A stretch of DNA of 64,000 nucleotides from Antedon mediterranea (Eukaryota > Animalia > Echinodermata), in assembly GCF_964355755.1 (NCBI RefSeq), contig NC_092670.1:796201-860200 (forward strand), given 5' to 3'. Shown here in pieces: positions 1-13,401 of this stretch. The notes beneath the pieces were generated by a model, which was not told the DNA's origin, made no database searches, and saw only the letters and a list, made by a program, of their open reading frames with translations. The translations under genes were made by a program, and so were the position numbers. The stretch's first letter is position 1; every line of letters starts with the position of its first letter.

Positions 1-1
1 A

Positions 2-154
2 TTCGATGAATACGACTATCGGATCGGTATTCTCACAGAGATTGAAGAATCGCCGATAGAAAGTTTCTTTGAAGCTAGAACAATAACAAATTTTGGAGAA
101 CACTTCATGAAAATCAAGAGTGAACATGAACATCATGAAGATCATTTGATATAG
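2..154 (+). CDS. 3' end of an upstream ORF cut by the window edge (FDEYDYRIGILTEIEESPIESFFEARTITNFGEHFMKIKSEHEHHEDHLI*); possibly a diverged Pc C-box
   Basis: 50 stop-free codons ending TAG at 152-154; ILTEIEESPIESFF loosely resembles the C-box tail of gene A (LTITVRECPTSEGFF). Confidence 0.4.
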   Translation, partial: FDEYDYRIGILTEIEESPIESFFEARTITNFGEHFMKIKSEHEHHEDHLI

Positions 155-178
155 GCTAGTATTATTTTGTTTATTTAT

Positions 179-236
179 TAGGTCCGATGGGTGCGTCTAG
201 TTTGATTTAGGTCCGATGGGTGCGTCTAGTTTGATT
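179..236. repeat. 29-bp tandem duplication
   Basis: TAGGTCCGATGGGTGCGTCTAGTTTGATT x2. Confidence 0.9.
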
Positions 237-854
237 CCATTCCTCTATACTGAATGATGTTTCACCTGGTTACATTTCTGAATAATATTTCGAAATCTAC
301 TATAAATTTATTATATACATATATACATACATATTATGTTCTCCATATAGGCCATTGAAGCAATCAATCAGTTAGGCCTATTGTTTTATGATGCTGAGAA
401 TTTGATATAGGCTACCATACATAATTTCATGTGAAGCAAATTATGTACTATTCATACATCGAGTGCATTAATTACAAAATGCATTAAAAAAATTCGCAGT
501 TAAAACGAATGTTCGGAATAATAAGCAATGTTGAAAAAGGAGGTGTTAGAAACCGATTCCATAAACTGCCGACCGTACCTCCATCCTATGAATCCTATAA
601 TTAATCAATGTTTAGTGAAATTATGATGATAGAGGCTATAAGTGTTGTGCCTATTGCATTCCTAGCTGTAAACTATTTGTGTTTTTTATTCCCCCACTTT
701 AATGAAAAGGATAAATTTAAATGGAAAGGTTCTATATGTGGCTCTCATTATTAGTTTCTAAAAAAAAGCTTTCGAAATCAACGATGTGTATCTTTATCGA
801 ATGGTTTTGTGTTGTTTCACACACGCTACTTCTCAAATTATCGTCTGCTGGCTG

Positions 855-862
855 TGACGTCA
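855..862. promoter_or_regulatory. CRE/ATF palindrome ~160 bp upstream of the gene A start codon
   Basis: Perfect TGACGTCA; the motif also occurs elsewhere in the window, so it is weak evidence on its own. Confidence 0.3.
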
Positions 863-1019
863 CGAGTGATTATTACGGGATGTTACAAAGGCCGTGTGTA
901 CGTTTGGCATCCTGTGTGCTATCAATAGCCCTTTCAATAATCTGCTATTGAATTGTGCTTCGCCTGAGCTATCGCCGTCTACAGGCCGTGTAGGCTGCTA
1001 GCTGACTGTACAATACATA

Positions 1020-2512
1020 ATGGCAGAACAAGATCAGGTCTTCGCCGCCGAAGCGATCCTACAAAAACGATTTAGAAAGGCTAGTAAACGATTTCTTACG
1101 GCTTACATATCTAAAGGAATTAATACTACGAAAATGTAAGATTCTAACTGTAATATTTTTTCGTTTTGTCTGTTACAGGGAAATGCTGAATTTTTAGTGA
1201 AATGGAAAGGCTGGTCGAATAAGTGAGTATAGTTTTATTCATAAGTTGAATTCTGCTTCCGTAATTATGCCCATGTTTATTCGATTATTTAGGCTTATAT
1301 TTCAATTTGTCTGCTTAAGATATTAATATAATCTGATAAAGAAATATATTCTCTTTTAGACACAATACTTGGGAACCCGAAAACAACATTTTAGATGACC
1401 GTTTATTGCGATTTTTCGAGCAACGGTAAGTAAATAATTGATTAGTATGATACAATATGGCGATCCGGTATAACACTTGAATTCGTATGTTGATTTTAAA
1501 GTTCATGCGGTATATACAGGCAACTCTTTATATTTTCGTTTTGTTAATTAGACAGAGAAATCGGGGATTTAGTACAGAACCTAGAAGGGGTAGAAGACCA
1601 AAACGTAGAGGTCGACCAGTAAGTAATAAAATTGTGTTTTCACCATGTATTTTGGTTATTTTTATGACGTATCGAGCGACAGTACAGAATTGTATGCGCC
1701 ATTTAACTGGTTTATCTGCTATAAATACAAAACCGTAAACAATACTCAAGTTTTCGTTTTATTTTTACAAAATATAAATATATGGAATTATATTTTTATC
1801 GTAGTCTTTAGATTCCAAACGAGAATTTTTAAATACAGAACCTAAACATGCAGTACAAGCAAAAGCTCGTCTTCGTCCTAGAAAGGATGACTTAATGTTG
1901 AACGAAAATTCAGACGACGACAGCAACAATGATGCATTTGATTTGAATAGTTTAGATGAGAATTCCAACACAGATATAAATTTCGTTGAAGACCCACCAA
2001 AAGTAGACGATTTAGATGAAGAAGAAAAACGAAAAATCGCAGAGGATGAGGAGCAGCTAAAACTTTTACAAAGTGCTAGCACATGCGCTATACGGTCCCG
2101 AAGTACGTCCTTTGACCATCACGAAGTCGAATTTAAAGTGTTTAAAAGGCGAGGACGACCACCTAAAAATGCCTCCCGTCGCGGTGGTGCTAGAGGGGGT
2201 GGTAGGCACAAACGATGCCTGCCTAGCGTTATGTTACCACAACACAAAGAAATTGAATTGAAAAAGATATTACCAGATCCCATTCCTGTTTCCCCACCAC
2301 CATCTCCCAAAGAAATCCCTGTTGTTGAGTTTAAACCAAAACCAACGAATGTGTTCATACCACCACTTTGGCGGCCGACACCAAACGTCAAAGTGGATAA
2401 CGTTGTGGTCACGGAGGTAACGGAACATGAGTTGACCATTACAGTTCGTGAATGTCCAACAAGCGAAGGGTTTTTTGATAAAAGTAATGATGAACGTAAT
2501 TCTATTCGATGA
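1020..2512 (+). CDS. CBX: Polycomb-class chromobox protein A, ~314 aa; exons 1020-1079, 1179-1222, 1360-1425, 1552-1618, 1805-2512
   Basis: Spliced translation MAEQDQVFAAEAILQKRFRK|GNAEFLVKWKGWSNK|HNTWEPENNILDDRLLRFFEQR|QRNRGFSTEPRRGRRPKRRGRP|SLDSK... gives a Pc chromodomain plus AT-hook. There is a second AT-hook KRRGRPPK and a C-terminal Pc box LWRPTPNVKVDNVVVTEVTEHELTITVRECPTSEGFF. Introns are GT-AG except intron 1 (GC-AG). Confidence 0.93.
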
Positions 2513-4426
2513 TTAAGGATGTTGAAGATTATGATTAATAATAGCCTATCATCATTAAAATCAAGGGTAATGTGATTATGATGATTAAATAAGAAATTCT
2601 GATTATGGAATTAACAGAATATTTTCAACTTGCATAATTATCTTAAGTTTATTTAATATATAAATTTAATAACATGGGTCGAATAATACATTTAAATCTA
2701 AGTTAATATAAGTATTATTAAATACAAATAACAGTGAATTTGAATTAAAGTATAATTTTATTGTGACTAATTTCTTTTAAAAAATGTTTGATATATTTTC
2801 AAGAATTTGGAAATGATTCCTGTATCATTATTACAGTTGAATATAACTAGGCCTAATGTTCGACAAGCTGTTTTATCTCTGGTAGTAACTAAATATTTGC
2901 GTTTATTATTAATACCGTTGTAATCGCGCGTTGTTTGTTTATTTGGTGGAATAATTACTGTATATATTTTAACATAATAATTTGTTTTAAGAACACGCCT
3001 ACATAATACATTGAAATGATCCATGTATGTGCTTACAATGTATATTAAATTGAGCTTAACACCCCCACCATACACCTCTACATGTACTCTAGCATCAGGG
3101 TATTTATATTACGCTTACGTACGCGGTTAAGAATTTATAATTTGCATAATAATTCCGTTATTATATTTACTGGTCTATAATTCATTTATCATTCATCAAC
3201 TTTTATTGATCTAATTTATATAAAATAAAATTAGAAAATCCGTGTTAATAAACTGCAGTTAAAATACAACGATTGTAAAAACAATACGGATAAAGTTATA
3301 AATATACTTTGTATATAGTATTAGTATAGTAGTAGTACTAATACTATATACTACTAATAAAAAAAAAACTTGGCAAAATTATTATTATATGATTATATTG
3401 TATTACATATTTAATAAACTTATTTTTGGAGATTATTAGAACCGTACGTAAAGTTCAGCAGCCGATTTGGTTTAAGTATGGTTTTATAGTGAAAAAAAGT
3501 ATGGAAAATATTTGTCTCTCCATTATATAAACAACGACTACTGAGTCGTTGCACCTGATGGTATACCATTCAAATAGTGTTAATTAAACAATAGCATTCA
3601 AATAGTGTTAATTAAATTATTCCACTATACTTTGTATAATTGTAAATAAAATTAAATATAAATATTGAATATATATTTAAATTAATAACCGTGGGTACTT
3701 TTCGACTTGCTTTTATTTTTGTGCTATATTTTTCAAAACTGTAAATAAGTCAATCTGTCATGTTAATGAAGCTTTAAGAACAGTGTTTGTGAATTTGTAA
3801 ATAGGGAAGATTATTTCAAAATTATTTGCAATTAAAATTAATTATTTCAGGGGATAATTTTACTTAAAATGATTAAGAAATTCAATTGATTACAGAAGTA
3901 TTTTCTTTTTCACGCTTAGATCTTTCACAATTATCAGAAAAGGAATCGTACTTTTAATCGTTTATCGGGAACGTGACATTGAGTTTCCATGGTAGGATCA
4001 TACATTTCATATTACATAATTTACTGTGCGAATGTATAATATGGTTAAATGCCGATAAATTATCTGTATTATTACTGTTAGTTAATTTATTATGCGGATC
4101 GTTACATTATTTTTTTAATTCTCAGATCTTCGTTATTGTAATGGATTCCTATGCAGAAAAATAAAATACGAAAATAAAATACAAAGTACACAGTGAATTG
4201 TCTTTGTTGAGTATCATCTTGTAACGCTCACAAGCTGTTACGTCATGATCTTTATAGCATTACGTAACAATCCGTTCATTTGACTGGTATAATATCACAA
4301 TGAGATACCTAATAAAATAATGATAACGATTTCAACCTAATGAACATAATCTATTTTCACCAAGGGTGCTTAATTACAGTACATTTTAGAATGTTTAAAA
4401 ATAAAACACAAAACAAAATATCCGGG

Positions 4427-4469
4427 AACTTAGTACAAGAACTGTACTGTACAGTTCTTGTACTAAGTT
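4427..4469. repeat. Perfect inverted repeat, 21-bp arms with a 1-nt spacer
   Basis: AACTTAGTACAAGAACTGTAC-T-GTACAGTTCTTGTACTAAGTT. Confidence 0.95.
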
Positions 4470-4696
4470 ATACTAATATTACAATTAGACAATAATACAA
4501 CAATACATCGCATCCGTGTTTTTGCTTTATACCATAATGTAGATATTACATTTGTTATTCTCATGATCCCACACATATATTCAATTACAAATTGTTAATT
4601 ATAAACGATATTTTGTTACGAAATTTCATCATATACAACATCATTTGACATGGTAAAAACATTGCACAAACACTTTTTGAAATAATGTGTTAACAT

Positions 4697-4849
4697 AAAG
4701 CTCTACTTCTTGACTATCAAACTTTATGTTACAACAAAACGTGATGTGCCATATATGGTAGTGATATGCCCAAATATAGTAGTGATTTGACATCATCATG
4801 TCCAGATATTGGGAAATCACATTTTTCGTTTAGTTTAGACAGAGCTTTA
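4697..4849. mobile_element. MITE family 1 copy
   Basis: Ends resemble TAAAGCTCT...CTATCAAACT and AGTTTAGACAGAGCTTTA; the core GCCCAAATAT(G/A)GTAGTGAT is shared with 20277-20508 and 24700-24845. Confidence 0.7.
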
Positions 4850-7442
4850 GATCCAAACGTTACAGTATTATTTTTGTTAGTTTACTTAAGACTAAATCCC
4901 TAACAACATAATACTAATCTGGGAAAGAGGTGTGAAATAAATAGAAAACGACGGTGCAAAATTGCTTTGTTCATTAAATAGGGGACTATAAAGAAAACTT
5001 TTGGAAAAGTTCAAAGAAAATATTTATGTCTTATTGGATGGAGAACTTTTAAGAAACACGTCCAATAACAATGTTTCCAATATTCTATTCTTTAAAAGTA
5101 TACAGTTTACTGAGCTCCAGGCTGGGGTTAGTGGCTTTTGGGAATCATTTTTATTTAAAAATCAAGCAATATTTCTTTACAATACCGTACTGAAATAAAA
5201 TTAAAACATATATTAAACGTTTACTAGGATGATAAGGGTTAAGTTCCCCAATGTGTAACGGTATAAGAACACAGTTGCGGAGATTTAATTATTCTAATTA
5301 CTTTCACACCATGAATTCATAAATATTTAATTCTTAATGATTCATGCATTTTATATGAGAACTATTTTTCTGAGAAAGAGTCAGTCACTTTACCATTACC
5401 ACCGATCAGTCGTTTAAACTTTGTGTGGGCTGGTTTTATTTTTGTCTTTCCTTTCCTGGAATCATTGGATTTGTTCTGATTTGTATTCGGAAAAACTATA
5501 ACAAGCACCGGATAGTCTACTAAATATTTATTATTACAGCTGTCCAAGGTAAAAATATCAAACGTACTTTTAAATAACATTTTTCTCGAAGTTGAAGGTT
5601 GAACATCTTGTGGATGTCGCCATTATCTAATAATGGACATTAATTTGCTTGTTTAAACGCTGGCCATTTATCCAGCCGAAATATATTTAAACAAAATATA
5701 TAATCTTGCCAGTGATAATTTTAACTGTCTTTAGCCGTGCAAATATTTGTCTTTTTTTATCTGTGTATCTTCGAAAGTTATAAACCTTTATACTTTTAGG
5801 TCGTTTAATCAAGATCGCTTTAATCGCGATATCGGTAACATGACAGAATACTGGACCTATTTATTATTTATAGGTCCATGAGAGAATAATGCAAAAAAGG
5901 GAATCGAGAATAAAAGAAGTTAAGTGACGTTTTTACCGTTTCGCCTGTTGTTTTAATCAATGTATACGACGTAACTGAAAGCAATGATTTACGCATTCTG
6001 ATCATCTTCTGTTTACGCATCCCACTTCCTGTTCGTTCTTCTAATTGTTCAATTCTGTATTTGTGGTAATGTTTTTAATCGATAAATACTCGAAATGAAA
6101 GCTCAACTCGAAATGACAACTCAACTCAAAATGAAAGCTCAACTTGTAAGATACCCATAGGAGCGTATTGTCTTCAAAATATGAAAAAGGATGGAAACCA
6201 CCTAAAATTTGAAAAAATTATTTCGCTTATAAATAGGAATAAAACCAATCCACACAAACGAAATAAGGGTGTCACATGGAAGGGTTCTACCGTAATTTTC
6301 TTTTCAAATGTTTTTCTTTCTTTGTTTTCGTATTTATTTTGTGTTTGATTATTTTGTAATATCACAAACTTGTGTAAAAACAATCAATGTTGATTGAATG
6401 AGTTGTACTGTGCATCAGTCTTGTGAAAATAGTTTATAGGCCTATATATAATAAAATAAACGATGCACCGAAATACGTTGTCCTTCCTTCTTTAATTACG
6501 GTGTGGTAACTCTCTTTTTTCCCGATCCAATTTTCGGTCAAATAACTATTGTGTGAAATCAAAATCGTGTAATCAACAACAAAAAAAGTATTTTCAGAAG
6601 GAAAACATCTTTAAAATGCCGTTGAACAACAGTAATTTGACTGCCATAGCGTCCTCTATTGACGGACGAACACACGTACGTAATATTAGCACCATACTGC
6701 TTATCATCCTTGTGTATTGTTAATTTTCAAATGCATTGACGTCAGAAAATACCAAATAAGAATTACAAATAATAAGCCATAATATATTTACATATTCAAT
6801 TGTGGAACGAAATGGAGGATTATCATCATGAAACGCATCAAAACACCATCATTGTCCAAGGGAGTTTTATGACCGTTTAGGCCTAGAGATCGTTATTTTT
6901 AAAGATCATTACAGTGAATTAATTAATACTCACGGTATCCTCCATTATGCTACACAAACACTAGTACAGCAACAATATTGTCGTTATGACGACGTCATAT
7001 TTTTATTATTATCAACAGGGCTAATAATACTTATTACGCGCGCGTAGGGCCTACTAAAAACCGTACCATTTTGTTGTTGATGAACTTGTCGTTTGTATAG
7101 AGTTAATCGTATAATGATGTGGTGGTGATCGACCTAAAACATTTTGAAACGTTTTTTGAAGCATTATTCTACAAGCTATATATGTTTGTTATTTAGAAAC
7201 TTTGACACTACAATTGTATTATACAACCAATGATCACTAGTTTAATACTACTATTATCTTATAAACAAGATTGCTCGTGAACAATCTGTCCCTTACGTCT
7301 CTATCCAGTGGTGACGTCATAGGCATGGTATTAGTTTTTAAGTGAAAACAAGTCTTGGTTTGGTCTATACAGTTTTGGTTAATTTCGCATATTTTCCAGT
7401 TTAAATCATTATAATTTGTTTTCTATGTGCTGATGACAATAC

Positions 7443-7480
7443 TTAACGTACGGTGAGAGTCAATAAAGAATTGAATTGAA
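7443..7480 (+). mobile_element. 3' end of a retroposon (LINE/SINE) with AATAAA and a (GAATT)n tail
   Basis: The 36 nt TTAACGTACGGTGAGAGTCAATAAAGAATTGAATTG is identical to 49614-49649. Confidence 0.6.
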
Positions 7481-9589
7481 TTATACCAAGGCGGGACTGG
7501 AGTTAGTAAAGGTACTTAATCCATCCGTTCAAATTGGTATCTTGTCAAACGCCTTTTAAATATTATTTTTATGGGACAGTGCATGGAGACAACATGAAAA
7601 TAGGCGTGCAGATTTTCTTAAAATGCGCGTACGTTAAAATAAGTTGTGTGATGTAGCTTACAACATACATAATATACGCATGTTTCAGAAGTGGTAGAGC
7701 AGCCAAAATAATATTGGTACCGTATATAGTCTATAAAGACATGATAGTGAAACATATTGGTAATGTTCGAAAAAATAGGTTACTTGGTATCAACTGCCAA
7801 AATATATACGGATAGAGGTGCAGTAATACATTTTTCCTGTTCAAAACCGAGTACAGGTACTGTTTATAGAACGGCCAAAATAACGATATTTTGAGTTAGA
7901 CGCAATAAAACATGTTTAATTGTTTAAAAGTTGGCCCACGTCCAAAATAAGTTATCCGCGATATCCTATTGGACAGAACCAAAAATATGTGTTTGACTCA
8001 GTTAAACAAATTCGAACGATTAATTTTTTTTCTTTTGCCCAGCTTAGATCTAATGGTTATAAAATAAACCAAAATAAAATATTTCCATTCATGGGAGGAA
8101 ATTTAAATTTTTAGTATTTTGATTTTTTTGCCTCAAATAACCGCCCGGCCATTCGACTTTATTAGCCAGTGGTTATTGGCAAAACAGCAATTATCAATTC
8201 CTTGTAAATTGGGTGACGTGAGCTATGTTTCAGGTTGGAATTAGTGTTCACCACATTTTATATTTCCGCGATATACTGTATGAAAATATTGAACAAAAGT
8301 GATGCCTCCGGCGGCAACAGTTTAAGTTCGATGTACGCTCTAAACGGAACTGTAATACTAACCTGTAAATTAGGCTGTAATTATTCTGACAGAACAAGAT
8401 GGGTATACCGTGAGTTTTATTTACTGCAAATTTACAACCGTTCCTGCAATTCAAATGTCTTCATTCCATCATTATTGTTTAAACGTTAATTGATATAGAA
8501 ATATTAGAAAGGTGTACAAACATGAAGAACACACGTGTCTCTTATCCATAGAAACACGTTTCCGTTTTCTTAGATGGGCAAAATTCCAAATTCATGTTAA
8601 CAGTTAACAAAGACACCTTTTGGCATGTATTCAAAGATACATTCCAAGATGCACTAATTGCTAACGAAGGTTTAAACGAGATCAGCTTATAATACGCAAC
8701 GCAAAGACGCATGCGCAACGCACGTACGTGCCAATAGCCACATAACTGTTGCTTGTTGTTTTACAGGCCTACTTTATGTTTCAGAGATACTACTTCACAA
8801 GCCTTCTTCTTTGTGTTTTTGCCCCTAAATATAAATGTAATTTTGAGTTTTTCTAGATACAAGGCATTAACTATTAATTTGATTTATATTTTGTTAACAT
8901 ATTTTGAATTTTGCTTTGTGTAAATAAATAAATGAATGAAATGAATGAATGAAACAAACGATAATATAAAATCGACAAGTAACTGCTAATTAAACTGCCT
9001 GTAGGCTATTTCAGAGGGAAAGAAGCTAAAATAACTTTCCATTTTACCTATTCTACCATTATTTTGTGTGGTCTTCAATCTATTCGTTAACAAAATACTG
9101 TATATTATTATGTGAATTTGAAATCATGAGAAAATCAACATATTTAATTAGACCTCTTTTTAATGCATTTACGAGTTATTATTCTAATTTATCAATGTGT
9201 AGACGCCTATTGTTCACTTATTTAATTCATTTGCTCATTCGTTTCGCCTGTATTCAATATCATAATGCTTCTTTCAGAGTTCAGTGTACGAATCCTGCAC
9301 TCATCCTTAAACATGTCGTAAATAACAATGAAGCAAGTCTACGGGAACCAGGCAATGCCGCCCTCCTTTTGTCTCTATCGCGTTAAATGTTCGATATTTC
9401 GTTAATACAAAGTAAACAAAACTCCACTAAATTCTCTTTGTTTTGGAATTACTTGTGTCGTCAGGTGACTTTTGAAGCGGGTCATATTTAGCCGGGTAGG
9501 ATTAGGTACATCAATGAACAAAGGCATGAACCATCTGTTTCCACGACAACAGCGTAATTCGAATGTTCTGCAACTTTGAATAGGAAATA

Positions 9590-9882
9590 AATATATATTT
9601 TCCCCTTTTAAAAGAAAACATCTAAATTATTTTGGTGTGGAATATTCCATTATTATGTCACATGAAAGTTATTCACTTTGACTAAAAATTTGAGAAATAC
9701 AATTCACCTGAAAAAACTGTAATTTAAAGCAAAAAAATAGTCTATCGTCGTTTATTCTGTCTCTTTATTTGTGAAGTTTTTTTTGTACAGAAGTCATTAA
9801 AACTGCACAATGGTCTATCTATACAAAGTCTGCTTTTAGTAATTTTCATTTCCTGTTTTTTTGAGGGACAACATATCTGTAA
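9590..9882. mobile_element. Diverged ~300-bp dispersed repeat, inverted relative to 11075-11391
   Basis: ATGTCACATGAAAGTTATTCACTTTGACTAAAAATT matches the reverse complement of 11290-11330; the terminal TTTTTGAGG(G)ACAA is also shared. Confidence 0.55.
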
Positions 9883-11074
9883 ATATACATTTCCAGCTTT
9901 TCAACGCTGTTGTTAGGCCATTATAGGCATATACTATTGTTGAAATATAACGTAAAAATGAGTTGTTCATAGCAATTAATTGTTATTCAATTAATTGCTA
10001 TATGTTTTCTCTTTCCCAGTTAATTTCCCTATTTTTTTCAGTTCATCGGCAGGGATCATCGGAGATATATTCGGATCTAATGGGGAGATCAACACCCTTT
10101 TTTTTACACTATAATAATTGTTGTGGCTATCTGGTAAAAATAAAACAAACACACTTTATTCCCCCATGATTTTAAAGAGTCCGGGCACCGATATTTATTT
10201 TCGTACATAAGTTGAGGACACCTCATGAAACGTTACAAAATAAACACATAAGGGGCCCCCAACTTATGTACGAAACAAAATCACGCTCGGGTACACACAC
10301 TGGCGCGTGCTTGACAACAAAGATAGGACGCCAACAACGGTATATAGTTACCAAGTCATGTCTAAAATGAATAACGATCAATACTCTACTCAATTGCACC
10401 TGGTGTGGACACACTGTTATCCAGTTTACTTTTGTAACATAAACCCAGATTGTGTTACGAAGAACAAGATATAATTCAGAATTATCAACGAAGAAATCAA
10501 ATCATGGCGGGCAAATTCAAATCGATGCAGTAACAATGAATATAAACCCAACAAAAGTTGGAATAATCATTTACATGTTTAAAGGTTTACGATTTCCATA
10601 CAAAAAAAACATATCTATGAACCACAGTCAATCATATAATATGGACAAACTTTCAATGTGGTGTTATCACCGCCGATAGATGTACGCGCGCGTACAAACA
10701 GTGCGTACCATGGTCATGACGACAGTCACGCCTACGTGACACGAATATTTTGCCCTACAATAAATTGAGATTCTTTAATTAATGTACATATAAAATCATC
10801 AAATTTTGCCCTTGTAAAAAAGCAAGTTACCTGGAAATGACCAGGCGGGAGATTAATGTCCAGCTGACCGGTCAAATCACAGGTAATTAAATATGAGGTC
10901 AATGACCGAGTAATATCACTAACACAAAATCATCGTATTATGTAATAACATTTATTAGTAATTAATATTATTGCTTTATCACATTAAATTGAGCCTGGTT
11001 AGAGGCATTCAGAAAATTTAAAAATGCGTGGGACTTTCCTTCAAAATACTATTAAATCAGTTTCATGTGAAAAA

Positions 11075-11391
11075 TGTACGGTATTGTCCTCAAAAACATG
11101 AACAATTAAGATCAGACTTTGAATAGGCAATTTTTTCAGTTTAGTTATTGAGTTCGTAGGAAAAACCAACAAAAAGAAATTATTTCATTTATAAATTTAC
11201 AAAAAAAAACTATTACCGTAAATATATCCAAAACCCCATTTTACAGACTATTTGAATATGTTTTGATTTAAATCATTTTTCTGTTGATTCAATTTTTGGT
11301 CAAAGTGAATAGCTATTAATGTGACATTAAAATGACATATTAGAAGAAAAAAATTAAGAATAATTTTTTTCAGGGAACAATATAGCTTTAA
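11075..11391. mobile_element. Second copy of the ~300-bp repeat; ends ...GGGAACAATATAGCT-TTAA (Kolobok-like terminus)
   Basis: Similar to 9590-9882; the CT|TTAA end fits a TTAA-targeting DNA transposon. Confidence 0.5.
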
Positions 11392-11883
11392 TAATAAATA
11401 AAATATCTATGCATTATGTGCAATTCGGTATATATGACGTCATATACTAAAGTAGATATGACGTAAGTTGAGATTACGTCATCAATAACACATTTCGCGT
11501 GGTGAATAATCAATCAATTTATTTGGAAATTGCACCTTTACATCGGTGGCACACATAGGAAGTGGTGCATCCATATTGAACACAATTAACATAGAATGAC
11601 GGATACGGATACTTAAGCTAATTTAAATTAAAATTAGTACTATATACTGTGGCAATATTTGTCTGGCATGAGTTGATACATTTTAGTTAAATATATTTAT
11701 ATATATATATACATAAAGAGGAAGTAGTTACAAAAATAACTGTTGATGAGGATATTAAAATTATCATGATAGTTAATACTGAAATGGTTTCCTATACAGT
11801 ATAGTAATAATAATACATATATTTATATATATAAAAATACATTCACATAATGTCATAAGTTAATACGAAAAAATCGGTAGCCC

Positions 11884-11936
11884 ATCAACATACACTCGTG
11901 TTGAGGATAATATCCTCAACACGAGTGTATGTTGAT
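11884..11936. repeat. Perfect inverted repeat, 26-bp arms with a 1-nt spacer
   Basis: ATCAACATACACTCGTGTTGAGGATA-A-TATCCTCAACACGAGTGTATGTTGAT. Confidence 0.95.
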
Positions 11937-12799
11937 ATATTATAGCTATCTTTATTGAGTAATGAGTAGGCATATTTGATTAGCACTTACTATGAGTTAC
12001 TACCATGAGATTAATCTTGTACGGATGACTAATAAGTCGATTGGTCCCATTTGGGGTGTGATTGGGTGAGGCTCTTACTTTTTCAAATGTTGGTTAGTGT
12101 AGGCCTAAGTATAAATAAATAAATGCACTTATTATGCATGTAACATGAGTGGAATTGCTAAAAATGCTAACTTGGTGGGATATGGTTATAACACGACACA
12201 CAGCCCATTTGTATTCATTATTAAGTCACCTAAAATTACGTTATTAAAATCAAGAAAACTAAAAAACCTCAGCATATACTACTATTTTAAAAACTACAAC
12301 TTAGTAAATTATTTTATTTTCTATAGTCTGTGCAGATTCAGCTTAAAATTGTTATGATTTGTTTATATTTTGTTAGCCTCATTCCACGTCACGTGGGTGG
12401 ATTACTAAACGCCTTTAAAATATTAATAGAAGGTTACGCCCAACGGCCTAATAACTTTAGAAATGGGCCTAGCCTTACTGTGGGCCGCATGATTCCCCAT
12501 CGTTATCATCACACTTTCAACATATATTATTATTATTATTTTATTTCAAAGAAATCAACATATCGTTCGTCAATTGTTTTAATCCGACTTCACAACAGTT
12601 TTTCTAGGTCTATAATCATGGGACCGATACAACTTTTATATGATCTGATCGTTTCGTAGGCCTACCACATGATCAACAGTCATGCGACCAATACTACTTG
12701 CAAAATATACTAAAGATTAAATATTGAATGCTAAAGTATTTCTGTATATTATACCCTAGTATTACATTCTTATTTTTAAAACAGGAAACCGAAAGATAT

Positions 12800-13401
12800 T
12801 AAAGCTCAGATACAGGCATGAATTTTAAATATAATATCTGGTTAATTGTACATAAATCAAATATTTGTAATAGAAATCAAGACGAAAAAGCATGAATTTC
12901 CCTTAATATGGTCAAATACAAAATTTGGCAAAAATTTGCAATAAAAACCAGGAAGACTTTTTTCAGTAGTTAGGTAGTTTAACCTATGTAATAAAATGTC
13001 TGGTGACTCCCTATAGAAGGTGAAAAAAGATGGTGGATATACGGTGGATAATTTTTGCTTTAGCATGAAAATAAAAATCTGAAGTTGAATAAAAATACTA
13101 GAAATGTAAAATTCAAGTTATATTACCTATATTTAGTCATCTGATAACATTTTTTACCACACTGTTTATTTTTCATAGCTTTTTAAAACGCCTCTCTATT
13201 TACAAAATTTGTGTATAAAAGAATAGAGATTTTACTGTGTAAGTTGAACTATCTCCCCACTGATATGAAAGTGCTTATTTTCAACAAGCTCGTGTAACAC
13301 AAATAAAATCCCAAAAATTATGAAACATAGGGGAAACTATAGATCGATAATTATTGGAATGTATGATCAATAGAAATTTTTTGCCCGCACCTGGCCTTTA
13401 A
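12800..13401. mobile_element. Possible degenerate Kolobok-like non-autonomous element
   Basis: TTAA-AGCTCAGATACAGGCA ... TGCCCGCACCTGGCCT-TTAA: imperfect TIRs (11 of 16 positions) with TTAA flanks. Confidence 0.35.
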
